This document shows positions 26,919-36,524 of a DNA stretch of 64,000 nucleotides, piece after piece. The first letter of the stretch is position 1, and every line of letters starts with the position of its first letter. Origin of the DNA: Streptosporangiales bacterium. Lineage in GTDB: Bacteria > Actinomycetota > Actinomycetes > Streptosporangiales > WHST01. Where the stretch lies: contig WHTA01000014.1 of the NCBI GenBank assembly GCA_009379825.1, positions 20,843 through 84,842 on the forward strand. Reading direction: 5' to 3'. The notes under the pieces were generated by a model. That model saw only the letters and a program-made list of their open reading frames with translations. It did not search any database and had not been told where the DNA came from. Made by a program: the position numbers and the translations under genes.

Positions 26919-27122
26919 CTGACGCACACCGATGAGCAGCGCACGCGCCGCCCCCGACAATGGGTGTGTGGCCGGTCACGTCCTCGAACCCAGCCCTGGC
27001 GCGTCGCGTACCCGCCGGTATTCTCGGCAGGTGTCGGGTACGTCGTGGCCACCTTCCCCGTGCGTCGCGCCCGGCAGCAGCTCTGACCGCACGACTCGCC
27101 CGTTCCCCACTCGCCGAGGAGT

Positions 27123-28595
27123 ATGCGCGTGAGCGCTCGCCCGCCGGTCGTCGTGGTCCTCGCCGCAGGTGAGGGCAAGCGGATGCGTTCGGCAACCCCA
27201 AAGGTCCTGCACGAACTGGCCGGTCGCAGCATGCTCGGGCATGTGCTCGCCGCCACCGAAGGCCTGCGGCCCGCGCGTACGGCCGTCGTCGTCGGGCACG
27301 GGCGCGACCAGGTGACACCGCACCTCGCACAGCTCGACGCCGAGGCGCTGCCGGTCGTCCAGGCCGAACAGCACGGCACCGGTCACGCCGCGCGGCTGGC
27401 GCTCGAGGCACTGGGGGACACCGACGGCACCGTCCTCGTGGTGCCTGGCGACGCGCCGCTGCTGACCACGCAGACCCTGGCGCGGCTGGTCGAGCGCAGG
27501 GAGGAGTCCGGCGCGGCGGTCGTGCTGCTCACCACGGTGCTGCCCGACCCGACCGGCTACGGGCGGGTGGTACGCGGCCCGGACACCGGCGAGGTGGACC
27601 GGATCGTCGAGCACAAGGACGCCACCGAGGAGGAGCGCGGCATCGCCGAGTGCGCGGTGTCCGTGTATGCCTTCGACGCCGGCTACCTGGCCGCAGCGCT
27701 GACCAAGCTCACCACAGACAACGCCCAGGGCGAGGAGTACCTCACCGACGTCGTGGCGATGGCCCGCGCGGACGGGCACGGCATGCAGGCGGTCGTCGCC
27801 CCGGACCACGCGGAGACGCTCGGCGTCAACGACCGGGTGCAGCTGGCCGCGGCCGGCCGGGTGCTGAACGACCGGCTGCTCGAGGGCTGGATGCGCGCCG
27901 GCGTCACAGTGGTCGACCCGGCCACCACCTGGGTCGACGCGGACGTCACCTGCGAGGAGGACGTCACCATCCAGCCGTTCACCCTGCTGCGCGGCAGCAC
28001 GCACCTGGCGCGGGACGCCGAGGTCGGGCCGTCCTGCACGCTGGTCGACACGTCCGTCGGTGCCGGCGCGCGGGTGCTCAACACGCACGCCAAGGGCGCG
28101 CAGATCGGCCCACGCGCGAACGTCGGCCCGTGGACGTACCTGCGGCCGGGCGCCGACCTCGCCGAGGCGGCGAAGGCCGGTGCGTACGTGGAGATCAAGA
28201 ACTCCACCGTCGGCCCGGGTGCGAAGGTGCCGCACCTGTCGTACATCGGTGACGCCGAGATCGGCGAGCACTCGAACATCGGGGCAGCCACCGTCGTGGT
28301 GAACTACGACGGGGTGCGGAAGCACGTGACGAGGGTCGGTGCGTACGTACGCATCGGCAGCGACACCATGCTCGTCGCGCCGGTCGAGGTGGGCGACGGC
28401 GCCTACACCGCGGCCGGCTCGGTGATCACCGGTGACGTGCCGCCTGGTGCCATGGCGGTGGCGCGTGGCAAGCAACGCAATGTCGAGGGCTGGGTGGAGC
28501 GCCGACGCTCCGATACTCCGTCCGCGGAAGCAGCACGCAAGGCCAGGGAGCGTGCGGCAAGCCGGGAAGCCGAAGGGGAGACTGGAGAAGGATGA
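27123..28595 (+). CDS. glmU: bifunctional UDP-N-acetylglucosamine pyrophosphorylase / glucosamine-1-phosphate N-acetyltransferase
   Basis: [11 protein letters not shown] nucleotidyltransferase motif and C-terminal left-handed beta-helix hexapeptide repeats. It sits in glmU-prs synteny. Confidence 0.95.
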   Translation: MRVSARPPVVVVLAAGEGKRMRSATPKVLHELAGRSMLGHVLAATEGLRPARTAVVVGHGRDQVTPHLAQLDAEALPVVQAEQHGTGHAARLALEALGDTDGTVLVVPGDAPLLTTQTLARLVERREESGAAVVLLTTVLPDPTGYGRVVRGPDTGEVDRIVEHKDATEEERGIAECAVSVYAFDAGYLAAALTKLTTDNAQGEEYLTDVVAMARADGHGMQAVVAPDHAETLGVNDRVQLAAAGRVLNDRLLEGWMRAGVTVVDPATTWVDADVTCEEDVTIQPFTLLRGSTHLARDAEVGPSCTLVDTSVGAGARVLNTHAKGAQIGPRANVGPWTYLRPGADLAEAAKAGAYVEIKNSTVGPGAKVPHLSYIGDAEIGEHSNIGAATVVVNYDGVRKHVTRVGAYVRIGSDTMLVAPVEVGDGAYTAAGSVITGDVPPGAMAVARGKQRNVEGWVERRRSDTPSAEAARKARERAASREAEGETGEG

Positions 28596-28653
28596 GCCAG
28601 GGCGTGCTGACCAGGACGGGTGTAGCCGTATGACCGCACAAGGGGGGCGGCCG

Positions 28654-29634
28654 ATGACGGGGATCAAGAAGACCGGACAGAAGCAACTCATGGTCTTCTC
28701 CGGGCGTTCGAACCGGGAGCTCGCCCAGGAGGTGGTCGAGCATCTAGGCATCGAGCTCACCCCGACGGAGGTGTACGACTTCCCCAACGGTGAGATCTAC
28801 ACCAGGGTGCGGGAGTCGGTCCGCGGCTGCGACGCGTTCGTGCTGCAGAGCCACTACGAGCCGATCAACGAACGCATCATGGAGCAGCTGATCATGGTCG
28901 ACGCGCTGAAGCGCGCCTCGGCCAAGCGGATCACCGTGGTCGCTCCGTTCTACGGCTACGCCAGGCAGGACAAGAAGTCCCGCGGCCGGGAGCCGATCAC
29001 CGCGCGGCTGATGGCCGACCTGTTCAAGACCGCGGGCGCCGACCGGCTGATCGCCGTCGACCTGCACACCTCGCAGATCATGGGGTTCTTCGACGGCCCC
29101 GTCGACCATCTGTGGGCGATGCCGATACTGGCCGACTACCTCTCGGACCGGCTGGACCCCGCCGACTCCACCGTCGTCTCGCCGGACGCCGGCAGGGTGC
29201 GGGTCGCGGACATGTGGTCGGACCGGCTGGGCATGCAGCTGGCGATCATCCACAAGCGGCGCGACCCGTACGGCAAGGAGCGCGACGTCTCGGTGCACGA
29301 GGTGGTCGGCGAGGTCGAGGGCCGCACCTGCGTGATCGTGGACGACATCATCGCGACCGGCGGCACCATCGTGAAGGCCGCCGAGGCGTTGATGGAGAAC
29401 GGCGCACGCGACGTGGTCGCCGCGGCGACGCACGCGCAGCTGTCCGGTCCCGCGGTCGACCGGCTGAAGAACTCACCGGTGTCGGAGATCGTGCTCACCA
29501 ACACGCTGCCGATCCCCGAGGAGAAGCGGTTCGACAAGCTGACCGTGCTGTCCATCGCCCCGCTGATCGCCCGGGCGATCCGCGAGGTCTTCGACGACGG
29601 CTCGGTCACCAGCCTCTTCGAGGCCCAGGACTGA
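28654..29634 (+). CDS. prs: ribose-phosphate pyrophosphokinase
   Basis: LMVFSGRSNRELAQEV..., YARQDKK and the PRPP-binding loop VIVDDIIATGGT. The ATG at 28654 is preferred; an alternative ATG lies at 28630. Confidence 0.95.
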   Translation: MTGIKKTGQKQLMVFSGRSNRELAQEVVEHLGIELTPTEVYDFPNGEIYTRVRESVRGCDAFVLQSHYEPINERIMEQLIMVDALKRASAKRITVVAPFYGYARQDKKSRGREPITARLMADLFKTAGADRLIAVDLHTSQIMGFFDGPVDHLWAMPILADYLSDRLDPADSTVVSPDAGRVRVADMWSDRLGMQLAIIHKRRDPYGKERDVSVHEVVGEVEGRTCVIVDDIIATGGTIVKAAEALMENGARDVVAAATHAQLSGPAVDRLKNSPVSEIVLTNTLPIPEEKRFDKLTVLSIAPLIARAIREVFDDGSVTSLFEAQD

Positions 29635-29640
29635 CCCGGC

Positions 29641-30012
29641 TCAGCCGAGCGCGGCCGTCACGTAGTAGCCGGCCGCGGCGGCGCCGAAGCCGACCGTCAG
29701 GCTGACGGCCACGTTCAGCACCGCCTGCCGCACGGCGCCCTGCTCGACCAGCCGGAGCGTCTCGAAGCTGAACGTGGAGAACGTGGTGAGCGCGCCGCAG
29801 ACGCCGGTGCCGAGGAACGCGACGGCGGCGGGGGAGAGCATTCCTCCGCCGGCGAGCGCGAGCACCACGCCGAGCACGAGCGAGCCGACCACGTTCACGG
29901 TAAGCGTGCCCCAGGGGAAGACCTGGTCGACCCTGCGCTGCAGCAGCCGGTCGGTGAGGTAACGCAGCGGCGCACCGACCGCGCCGCCGAGCGCGACGAA
30001 CAACAGGGTCAC
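29641..30012 (-). CDS. crcB: fluoride channel CrcB/FluC (subunit 2)
   Basis: 123 aa with 4 TM segments. It has the [10 protein letters not shown] and [13 protein letters not shown] motifs. Confidence 0.85.
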   Translation of the reverse strand: MTLLFVALGGAVGAPLRYLTDRLLQRRVDQVFPWGTLTVNVVGSLVLGVVLALAGGGMLSPAAVAFLGTGVCGALTTFSTFSFETLRLVEQGAVRQAVLNVAVSLTVGFGAAAAGYYVTAALG

Positions 30013-30359
30013 GTCGCGGCCGCCTCGGCGTCGCCGACGTAGCGGATGACCTCGACCTCGTCGATCATGACCAGGCCGCCCTGTACGACGTCGTCGAGCT
30101 GGGGCAGGAAGTTCCTCACCCGTTCCTCGGTGTCGACGATCACGACGGCGACCGGCAGGTCGTCGCTGAGGCTGAGGATGCGGCTGGTGTGGATGTGGTT
30201 GTTCTTGCCGTAGCCCTCCACGCCGCGCAGGACGGTCGCGCCGGCGAGCCCGGCGCGGTGTGCCCGGTGCACGATCTCCGTGTACACCGGGTGGTGGTGG
30301 TACTGGTCGCTCTCGCCGACGATCGCGGTGAGGCGGCAGGCGGGCCCGGAGAGTCTCAT
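30009..30359 (-). CDS. DUF190 (PII-like) protein associated with crcB
   Basis: 116 aa starting at ATG 30359. The pattern [11 protein letters not shown]...[15 protein letters not shown]...[15 protein letters not shown] is typical of DUF190. It has 4-nt overlaps with both crcB genes. Confidence 0.8.
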   Translation of the reverse strand: MRLSGPACRLTAIVGESDQYHHHPVYTEIVHRAHRAGLAGATVLRGVEGYGKNNHIHTSRILSLSDDLPVAVVIVDTEERVRNFLPQLDDVVQGGLVMIDEVEVIRYVGDAEAAAT

Positions 30360-30850
30360 CGGTTCGCTCTCCTCTGCTGGGCGGACCGGATCACGGTGCG
30401 CGCGAGTGTGACACCGAGCCAGGCCGCGAGCAAGCCGACGAGCGCGCTGCCGGCCAGGTACCCGAAGGCGACCGGCCAGGCGCCGGCCCGTACCAGGTCG
30501 AGGGCCTCCACGGTCACCGCGGAGAACGTCGTGTACCCGCCGAGCACCCCGACGCCGAGGAACGGCCGCAGATACCGGGTCGGCCGCCAGAGGTCGAGGA
30601 CGAACACCAGCAGCGCGCCGAGCGCGAGGCAGCCGGTCACGTTCGCAAGCAGCGTGCCCCACGGCACGCCGGCGGCCGGGGTGGGCAGCGCGAGCCCGAC
30701 CAGGTAGCGACCGGTGCTGCCGAGCGCGCCCCCGACGGCGACGACCGCGAGCACGTCCAGGTGGCCGACCAGCCGCCGCCAGGTCCGGCGGGACGGGGCG
30801 GGATCGCGGAAGACGTCAGCAGTGGTCGCGGGGTCCGGCCGGGTGGTCAT
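30356..30850 (-). CDS. crcB: fluoride channel CrcB/FluC (subunit 1, N-terminally extended)
   Basis: ATG at 30850. It has the [10 protein letters not shown] and [12 protein letters not shown] motifs and 4 TM segments. Confidence 0.8.
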   Translation of the reverse strand: MTTRPDPATTADVFRDPAPSRRTWRRLVGHLDVLAVVAVGGALGSTGRYLVGLALPTPAAGVPWGTLLANVTGCLALGALLVFVLDLWRPTRYLRPFLGVGVLGGYTTFSAVTVEALDLVRAGAWPVAFGYLAGSALVGLLAAWLGVTLARTVIRSAQQRRANR

Positions 30851-31080
30851 GAGGAGACCTTTCGCGTGAGCATCGCAGCGAGAACGGTAGCCGGGACGCG
30901 TGCACGCACCGCAGCTGAGCGAGGAGCGGAGCGCGAAAGGTCGACGGGGTATACGGTCATGCGTCGCCTCCCTGATGCGTGTTCGTACGCAGGGACCGTT
31001 GGCGACGCAGTCGCGGTTGACGGCGAGCCCCACCGCCGTTGGCCCAGTCTAGGGCGTCAGGCGATGGGGCAGTGTGGCGC

Positions 31081-31761
31081 TCACCGGGTCTCGTCGTCGG
31101 CGTCGTCGGGCGACGCGTCCTCGTCGTCGGCGAGGATCCGGTAGAGGTCCCGCCGTGCGTCGACGAGGATCTGCTTCGCGCGGTCCAGCTGCGCGTCGTT
31201 GCCGGCCTGGACGACCTGCATCACCGCGCCGCCGAGCTGGCCGGCGAGGCTCGCCAGCTCCTGCGCCCGTTCGTCGACGTCGCCGGCGAGGGCGTCCCAC
31301 GGTGCGGTGAACTCGCCCGGGCGTGCCTCGACGTACTCGCGGCCCGCGTCGGTGAGCTCGTACGCCTTCCGGCCGTCGATCTCCGTGGTGCGGACCAGGC
31401 CCTCGTCCTCGAGCTGCTGCAGGGCCGGGTAGACGGAGCCGGGGCTCGGTCGCCAGTACCCGTTGCTGCGCTCGGTGAGCTCCTGGATGATCTGGTAGCC
31501 GTTCCGCGCCTGCTCGCTGAGCAGGGCGAGGATCCCGGCCCGGACATCGCCGCGCCTGGCGCGCCGGCCGCGACCGCGGTGCCTGGGGCCGAAGCCACGG
31601 CCGAACATCCGCGGGTCGAAGCCGAACGGGCCCGGGCCACCGCGGGGTCCGTGCCCGCCACCCGGGCGTCCGCGTCCGCGCCGGCCGCGGCCTTCCTCGG
31701 CGGCGGCCATTGGGTTGAAGGCGGGCCACCACGGCCCGCGCATCGATGCATCTGCGTGCAT
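31081..31761 (-). CDS. PadR-family transcriptional regulator with Arg/Gly-rich N-terminal extension and acidic tail
   Basis: ATG at 31761 preceded by an AAGGAG SD; the TTG at 31776 is less likely. PadR core: ILALLSEQARNGYQIIQELTERSNGYWRPSPGSVYPALQQLEDEGLV. Confidence 0.8.
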   Translation of the reverse strand: MHADASMRGPWWPAFNPMAAAEEGRGRRGRGRPGGGHGPRGGPGPFGFDPRMFGRGFGPRHRGRGRRARRGDVRAGILALLSEQARNGYQIIQELTERSNGYWRPSPGSVYPALQQLEDEGLVRTTEIDGRKAYELTDAGREYVEARPGEFTAPWDALAGDVDERAQELASLAGQLGGAVMQVVQAGNDAQLDRAKQILVDARRDLYRILADDEDASPDDADDETR

Positions 31762-31789
31762 GGGTTCTCCTTTCAAGAGAGCTGTTCGC

Positions 31790-31838
31790 GACAGTCCCTA
31801 ATGAGACTGTCTGCGATAGTTAACGATATATCGATATA
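31790..31838. promoter_or_regulatory. inverted repeat GACAGTC-N8-GACTGTC plus overlapping AT-rich palindromes (CGATATATCG / TATATCGATATA) upstream of padR
   Basis: Read directly at 31790-31811, 31824-31833 and 31827-31838. This is a striking AT-rich patch in a high-GC divergent padR/rplY region. Confidence 0.4.
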
Positions 31839-32052
31839 GCTCGAACGGCAAGAGCCGGTTCCTGGGGTGGATGCGCTTATCGGCTCCGCGCGTGCAGCCG
31901 ATAGACTCAGGAGCTCATGTGCGTCACCGGCGCGGCACTGGCCGAACTCGGTGGTGCCCGACCAACGTTCGGTGCATTCCGACACCCGACGGAAGCGCCC
32001 GCCGGTCATCCGGCAACGAGCATGCAACGACCACGCAACGAGGAGTACCGCC

Positions 32053-32703
32053 GTGTCCGAGGTCCGTATCCAGGCCGAACCGCGTACCGAGTTCGGCAAG
32101 GGTGCCGCGCGTCGTGTCCGCCGCGCCGCCAAGGTGCCGGTGGTGCTCTATGGTCACGGCACCGACCCCCGGCATCTGTCCATGCCTGGCCACGACCTGA
32201 TGCTCGCCTTGAAGTCGCCGAACGTGCTGCTGCGTATCGAGGGGCTGGACAAGTCCGAGCTGGCGATCCCCAAGGCGGTACAGCGCAACCCGATCAAGGG
32301 TGAGCTGGAGCACGTCGACCTGCTGCTGGTGCGGCGCGGCGAGAAGGTCAGCGTCGACATCCCGCTGAACGTCGACGGCGAGGTCGCTGTCGACGGCATG
32401 CTCGCGGTGCAGCTGACCAGCCTCACCGTGCTCGCCGAGGCGACCCACATCCCGAACGAGATCGAGGTCAGCGTCGAGGGCATGGAGATCGGCGACCAGC
32501 TGACCGCCGCCGACGTCAAGCTGCCCGACGGGGTCGAGCTGGACGCGGACGGCGAGCTGCTCGTCCTGCACGTCGTCCACACGCCGACGGCCGAGGAGCT
32601 GGCCGGCGAAGAGGGCGAGGCCGAGGGCGGGGAAGCCGAGGGCGAGGCCGAGGGCGAAGCCGCTGCCGACGAGTCGACCGAGTCGGCGGAGGCCTCCAGC
32701 TGA
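32053..32703 (+). CDS. rplY: 50S ribosomal protein L25/general stress protein Ctc
   Basis: GTG at 32053 with an AGGAG SD. It has the Ctc pattern RTEFGKGAARRVRRAAKVPVVLYGHG and an acidic Glu/Ala-rich C-terminal tail. Confidence 0.9.
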   Translation: MSEVRIQAEPRTEFGKGAARRVRRAAKVPVVLYGHGTDPRHLSMPGHDLMLALKSPNVLLRIEGLDKSELAIPKAVQRNPIKGELEHVDLLLVRRGEKVSVDIPLNVDGEVAVDGMLAVQLTSLTVLAEATHIPNEIEVSVEGMEIGDQLTAADVKLPDGVELDADGELLVLHVVHTPTAEELAGEEGEAEGGEAEGEAEGEAAADESTESAEASS

Positions 32704-32721
32704 TCCGGATCGGCGGGCAGG

Positions 32722-33318
32722 ATGGACGCTACGTCCGACACCCCGTGGTTGCTCGTCGGTCTCGGCAACCCGGGCCCGCGGTACGCGGGTAACCGGCACA
32801 ACGCCGGGTTCCTCGTCGTCGACGTGCTGGCGAGCCGGTGTGCCGCGAGTTTCAAGCGGCACTGCTCGCGCGCGGACGTGGCCGAGGACCGGGTGGCCGG
32901 CACGCGGTGCGTGCTGGCGAAACCGCAGACCTACATGAACGAGTCCGGCGCCGCGGTCGCCGGCCTCAGCGGGTTCTACAAGGTCCCGCCGGAACGGCTC
33001 GTCGTCGTGCACGACGAGCTGGACCTCGACTACGGCCAGCTGCGGGTGAAGTTCGCCGGTGGCGACAACGGGCACAACGGGCTGAAGTCGATCCGCCGCT
33101 CGCTCGGGCACGGCGACTACTACCGGATGCGGTTCGGCGTCGGCCGCCCGCCCGGCCGGCAGGACCCGATCGACTTCCTGCTCCGCGACTTCAGCGCCGC
33201 GGAACGCAAGGATCTCGACTACCTGGTGGACAGGACCGCTGACGCGGTGGAGTCGTTGCTCGTCGCCGGTCTCGAACAGACACAGACCAGCTACAACACC
33301 AGGGGGGCGCTGTCGTAG
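32722..33318 (+). CDS. pth: peptidyl-tRNA hydrolase
   Basis: LLVGLGNPGPRYAGNRHNAGF signature and HDELDL motif. Confidence 0.95.
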   Translation: MDATSDTPWLLVGLGNPGPRYAGNRHNAGFLVVDVLASRCAASFKRHCSRADVAEDRVAGTRCVLAKPQTYMNESGAAVAGLSGFYKVPPERLVVVHDELDLDYGQLRVKFAGGDNGHNGLKSIRRSLGHGDYYRMRFGVGRPPGRQDPIDFLLRDFSAAERKDLDYLVDRTADAVESLLVAGLEQTQTSYNTRGALS

Positions 33319-33439
33319 TCCGGTCCCGGCGCCGGTCCTGCCGGCGTGCCTCGGCCCGCGGCCACGGCCGTGAGGCGAGGTGGAACAATACCCCGATGAC
33401 GCGCATCGGCGGTTCGCCGCTACTTGGAAGTTGGTGTCC

Positions 33440-34189
33440 ATGACCGCGTGGACCAGAGACGATGACCACGCCCTCGCCCGATCCGCCGCGCAGCGGACGG
33501 GCGAGTTGCTCGTCGAGGTACGTCGCAGCCACGCCGACGCCGACCCGGCGACCCGGCGCAAGGAGGGCGACCGCCAGGCGCAGGACCTGCTCGCCGGGCT
33601 GTTCGCCGAGGCGCGCCCGGACGACCTGGTGTTCTCCGAGGAGGCGCCGGATGACGAGCGCCGGCTGGCCGCGGACCGGGTGTGGATCATCGACCCGCTG
33701 GACGGCACCCGTGAGTTCAGCGAACCGGACAGATCGGACTGGGCGGTCCACGTCGCGCTGTGGGAGCGGGGTGAGCTGGTGGCCGGTGCGGTAGCGCTGC
33801 CCGCGCTCGAGCAGGTGCTCACCGCCGACCAGCCGCTGCCGCTGGCGCCGGCGCAGTCCCCGCCACGTATCCTGGTCAGCCGTACGCGTCCTCCCGCGGA
33901 GGCCGTACGCCTGGCGGAGGTCCTTCCCGGCGAGCTGGTCCCGATGGGGTCGGCGGGCGCGAAGGTCGCGGCGGTGGTGCGCGGTGTCGCCGAGGCGTAC
34001 GTACACTCGGGTGGGCAGTACCAGTGGGATTCCGCCGCGCCGGTCGCCGTTGCACGTGCTGCGGGACTGCACGCGTCCCGACTCGACGGGTCCCCGTTGG
34101 TGTACAACACAGCCGAGCGTTCACTGCCCGATCTCGTCGTCTGCCGCGAGGAGATCGCGGACGACCTGTTGAACGCTCTGCGCAACTGA
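33440..34189 (+). CDS. cysQ: 3'(2'),5'-bisphosphate nucleotidase / inositol monophosphatase family (CysQ-like)
   Basis: IMPase motifs FSEE...WIIDPLDGTREF and WDSAAP. It sits immediately upstream of cysDN. Confidence 0.7.
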   Translation: MTAWTRDDDHALARSAAQRTGELLVEVRRSHADADPATRRKEGDRQAQDLLAGLFAEARPDDLVFSEEAPDDERRLAADRVWIIDPLDGTREFSEPDRSDWAVHVALWERGELVAGAVALPALEQVLTADQPLPLAPAQSPPRILVSRTRPPAEAVRLAEVLPGELVPMGSAGAKVAAVVRGVAEAYVHSGGQYQWDSAAPVAVARAAGLHASRLDGSPLVYNTAERSLPDLVVCREEIADDLLNALRN

Positions 34190-34301
34190 CTTTGACGGCC
34201 CGCGTCCCACGCGGCGCGGCAGGAAGTGATCGGTGAGGTAGAGCGTTGGCAATGAGGGCCCGACGCAACGGTCCACGTCGCCTTGAAGGAGCGCCCGATT
34301 G

Positions 34302-35216
34302 ATGGCCACGACCACACATGACTACCGGCTGTCCCAGCTGGATGCCCTCGAAGCCGAGGGCATCCACGTGATCAGGGAGGCGGCAGCCGAGCGGGAGCGT
34401 CCCGCGCTGCTCTTCTCCGGCGGCAAGGACTCCTGCGTGCTGCTGCACCTGGCGGTGAAGGCATTCTGGCCGGCCAAGGTGCCTTTCCCCGTGTTGCACG
34501 TCGACACCGGGCACAACTTCCCCGAGGTGATCGAGTTCCGCGACCGGCTGGTCGAGCAGTTCGGGTTGCGCCTCGAGGTCGGCTCCGTGGAGCAGGCGAT
34601 CGCCGACGGCCGGGTGCACGAGCGGCCAGGGCAGGGCAGGAACCGCCTGCAGACGCAGGTGCTGCTCGACTCGATCCAGAAGGGCAACTTCGACGCCCTG
34701 TTCGGCGGTGCCCGCAGGGACGAGGAGAAGGCCAGGGCGAAGGAGCGGGTGTTCTCGTTCCGCGACGAGTTCAGCCAGTGGGACCCCAAGGGCCAGCGGC
34801 CCGAGCTGTGGAACCTGTACAACACGCGGGTGCACCCCGGCGAGCACATGCGGGTCTTCCCACTGTCCAACTGGACCGAGCTGGATATCTGGGACTACGT
34901 GGCCAGGGAGAAGATCGAGCTGCCGTCGATCTACTTCGCGCACGTGCGCAAGGTGTTCGAGCGTGACGGCATGCTGCTGGCCGACTCCGACGTGATCGAC
35001 CGGCGGGAAGAGGAGACGGTCTTCGAGGAGACCGTCCGTTACCGCACGGTGGGCGACATGTCGTGTACCGGTGCGGTCGAGTCCTCCGCGGCGAGCGTGG
35101 AGGACGTCATCGCCGAGGTGGCGGTGAGCCGCGTCACCGAGCGTGGTGCGACGAGAGCCGACGACAGGACCAGTGAGGCAGCGATGGAAGACCGGAAGCG
35201 GGAGGGCTACTTCTGA
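34302..35216 (+). CDS. cysD: sulfate adenylyltransferase subunit 2
   Basis: PAPS-reductase-like fold pattern LFSGGKDSCVLLHL and conserved C-terminal ...MEDRKREGYF. Confidence 0.95.
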   Translation: MATTTHDYRLSQLDALEAEGIHVIREAAAERERPALLFSGGKDSCVLLHLAVKAFWPAKVPFPVLHVDTGHNFPEVIEFRDRLVEQFGLRLEVGSVEQAIADGRVHERPGQGRNRLQTQVLLDSIQKGNFDALFGGARRDEEKARAKERVFSFRDEFSQWDPKGQRPELWNLYNTRVHPGEHMRVFPLSNWTELDIWDYVAREKIELPSIYFAHVRKVFERDGMLLADSDVIDRREEETVFEETVRYRTVGDMSCTGAVESSAASVEDVIAEVAVSRVTERGATRADDRTSEAAMEDRKREGYF

Positions 35217-36472
35217 TGGACCTCCTTCGCTTCGCGACCGCCGGGTCGGTCGACGACGGGAAGAGCACGCTGATCGGGCGACTGCTCTACGACTCCAAGG
35301 CGATCTTCGAGGACCAGCTCGACTCCGTCGAGCAGGCCAGCCAGAAGCGCGGTGACGAGTACACCGACCTCGCGTTGCTCACCGACGGCCTCCGCGCCGA
35401 GCGGGAGCAGGGCATCACCATCGACGTGGCGTACCGCTACTTCGCCACCCCGAGCCGCAAGTTCATCATCGCCGACACCCCGGGCCACGTGCAGTACACC
35501 CGCAACATGGTGACCGGTGCGTCCACGGCGAACCTCGGCATCGTGCTGGTCGACGCGCGTACCGGGCTGTCCGAGCAGAGCAGGCGGCACGCGTTCCTGC
35601 TGAACCTGCTGCGCGTACCGCACCTGGTGCTCGCGATCAACAAGATGGACCTCGTCGACTACGACGAGGATGTGTACCGCAAGATCAGGGAGGAGTTCGA
35701 GGTCTTCGCCACCAGGCTCAGGCTGAACGACCTCACGGTCATCCCGCTGTCGGCGCTCAAGGGCGACAACGTCGTGGACCGCTCCGACAAGATGCCCTGG
35801 TACACCGGTTCGACGCTGCTCGGCCACCTGGAGAACGTGCACGTGGCCAGCGACAGGAACCTGATCGACGTCCGGTTCCCGGTGCAGTACGTGGTCCGGC
35901 CGAAGGCCAAGGAGTACCACGACTACCGCGGGTACGCGGGCACCGTCGTCGGTGGCGTGATGAAGGTCGGCGACGAGGCGCTCGCCCTGCCGTCCGGCTT
36001 CACCACCCAGATCACGGCGATCGACACGTACGACGGGCCGGTCGAGGAGGCGTTCCCCGACATGGCGGTCGTCGTCCGGCTGGCCGACAACATCGACATC
36101 TCCCGCGGTGACATGATCTGCCGGCCGCACAACCAGCCGCGCGTCACCCAGGACGTCGACGCGATGATCTGCTGGATGAGCGAGTCCGGTGGGCTGCGTG
36201 CCGGTGGTCGCTACCTGCTCAAGCACACCACCCGCACCACCCGGGCGATCGTCAAGGATCTCCAGTACGAGCTCAACATCAACACGCTGCACCGCGACGA
36301 GCACGCGGACTCGCTGGGGCTGAACGAGATCGGCCGGGTCACGCTACGGACCCAGCAGCCGTTGTTCTGTGACGACTACGGCCGGAACCGGGAGACCGGT
36401 GGCTTCATCCTCATCGACGAGGTGACCAACCAGACGGTCGCCGCCGGCATGGTCGGTCTCGACAAGAACTGA
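35216..36472 (+). CDS. cysN: sulfate adenylyltransferase subunit 1 (GTPase), not fused to APS kinase
   Basis: G1 motif GSVDDGKST, then DTPGH and NKMD. At 418 aa there is no CysC domain. The start overlaps the cysD stop. Confidence 0.95.
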   Translation: MDLLRFATAGSVDDGKSTLIGRLLYDSKAIFEDQLDSVEQASQKRGDEYTDLALLTDGLRAEREQGITIDVAYRYFATPSRKFIIADTPGHVQYTRNMVTGASTANLGIVLVDARTGLSEQSRRHAFLLNLLRVPHLVLAINKMDLVDYDEDVYRKIREEFEVFATRLRLNDLTVIPLSALKGDNVVDRSDKMPWYTGSTLLGHLENVHVASDRNLIDVRFPVQYVVRPKAKEYHDYRGYAGTVVGGVMKVGDEALALPSGFTTQITAIDTYDGPVEEAFPDMAVVVRLADNIDISRGDMICRPHNQPRVTQDVDAMICWMSESGGLRAGGRYLLKHTTRTTRAIVKDLQYELNINTLHRDEHADSLGLNEIGRVTLRTQQPLFCDDYGRNRETGGFILIDEVTNQTVAAGMVGLDKN

Positions 36473-36481
36473 CCGCGCTCG

Positions 36482-36510
36482 AACCCCCACGATGGAGCAT
36501 CGTGGGGGTT
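36482..36510. terminator. bidirectional intrinsic-terminator-like hairpin between cysN(+) and GT2(-)
   Basis: 13-bp perfect stem AACCCCCACGATG / CATCGTGGGGGTT with a 3-nt loop (GAG), followed by TTCTTGCT. Read directly. Confidence 0.7.
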
Positions 36511-36524
36511 CTTGCTGCCGTGGG

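Noticed and set aside
24803-26935. 710-aa plus-strand ORF, and the 226-aa minus-strand ORF at 25225-25905, running through the 114-bp repeats.
   Set aside because: These frames stay open only because the repeat unit is a multiple of three. Elsewhere they are antisense or out of frame relative to tam and the DUF62 gene. They are not credible proteins.
30851-31080. Fluoride (crcB-motif) riboswitch upstream of the crcB operon.
   Set aside because: Reading the minus strand, I found no GGCGAUG / CGCC / AAAC / CUGAUG..CCUAC arrangement. The only loose fragment was CUGCGAUGCUCAC. It is left as a check (Infernal RF01734) rather than a call.
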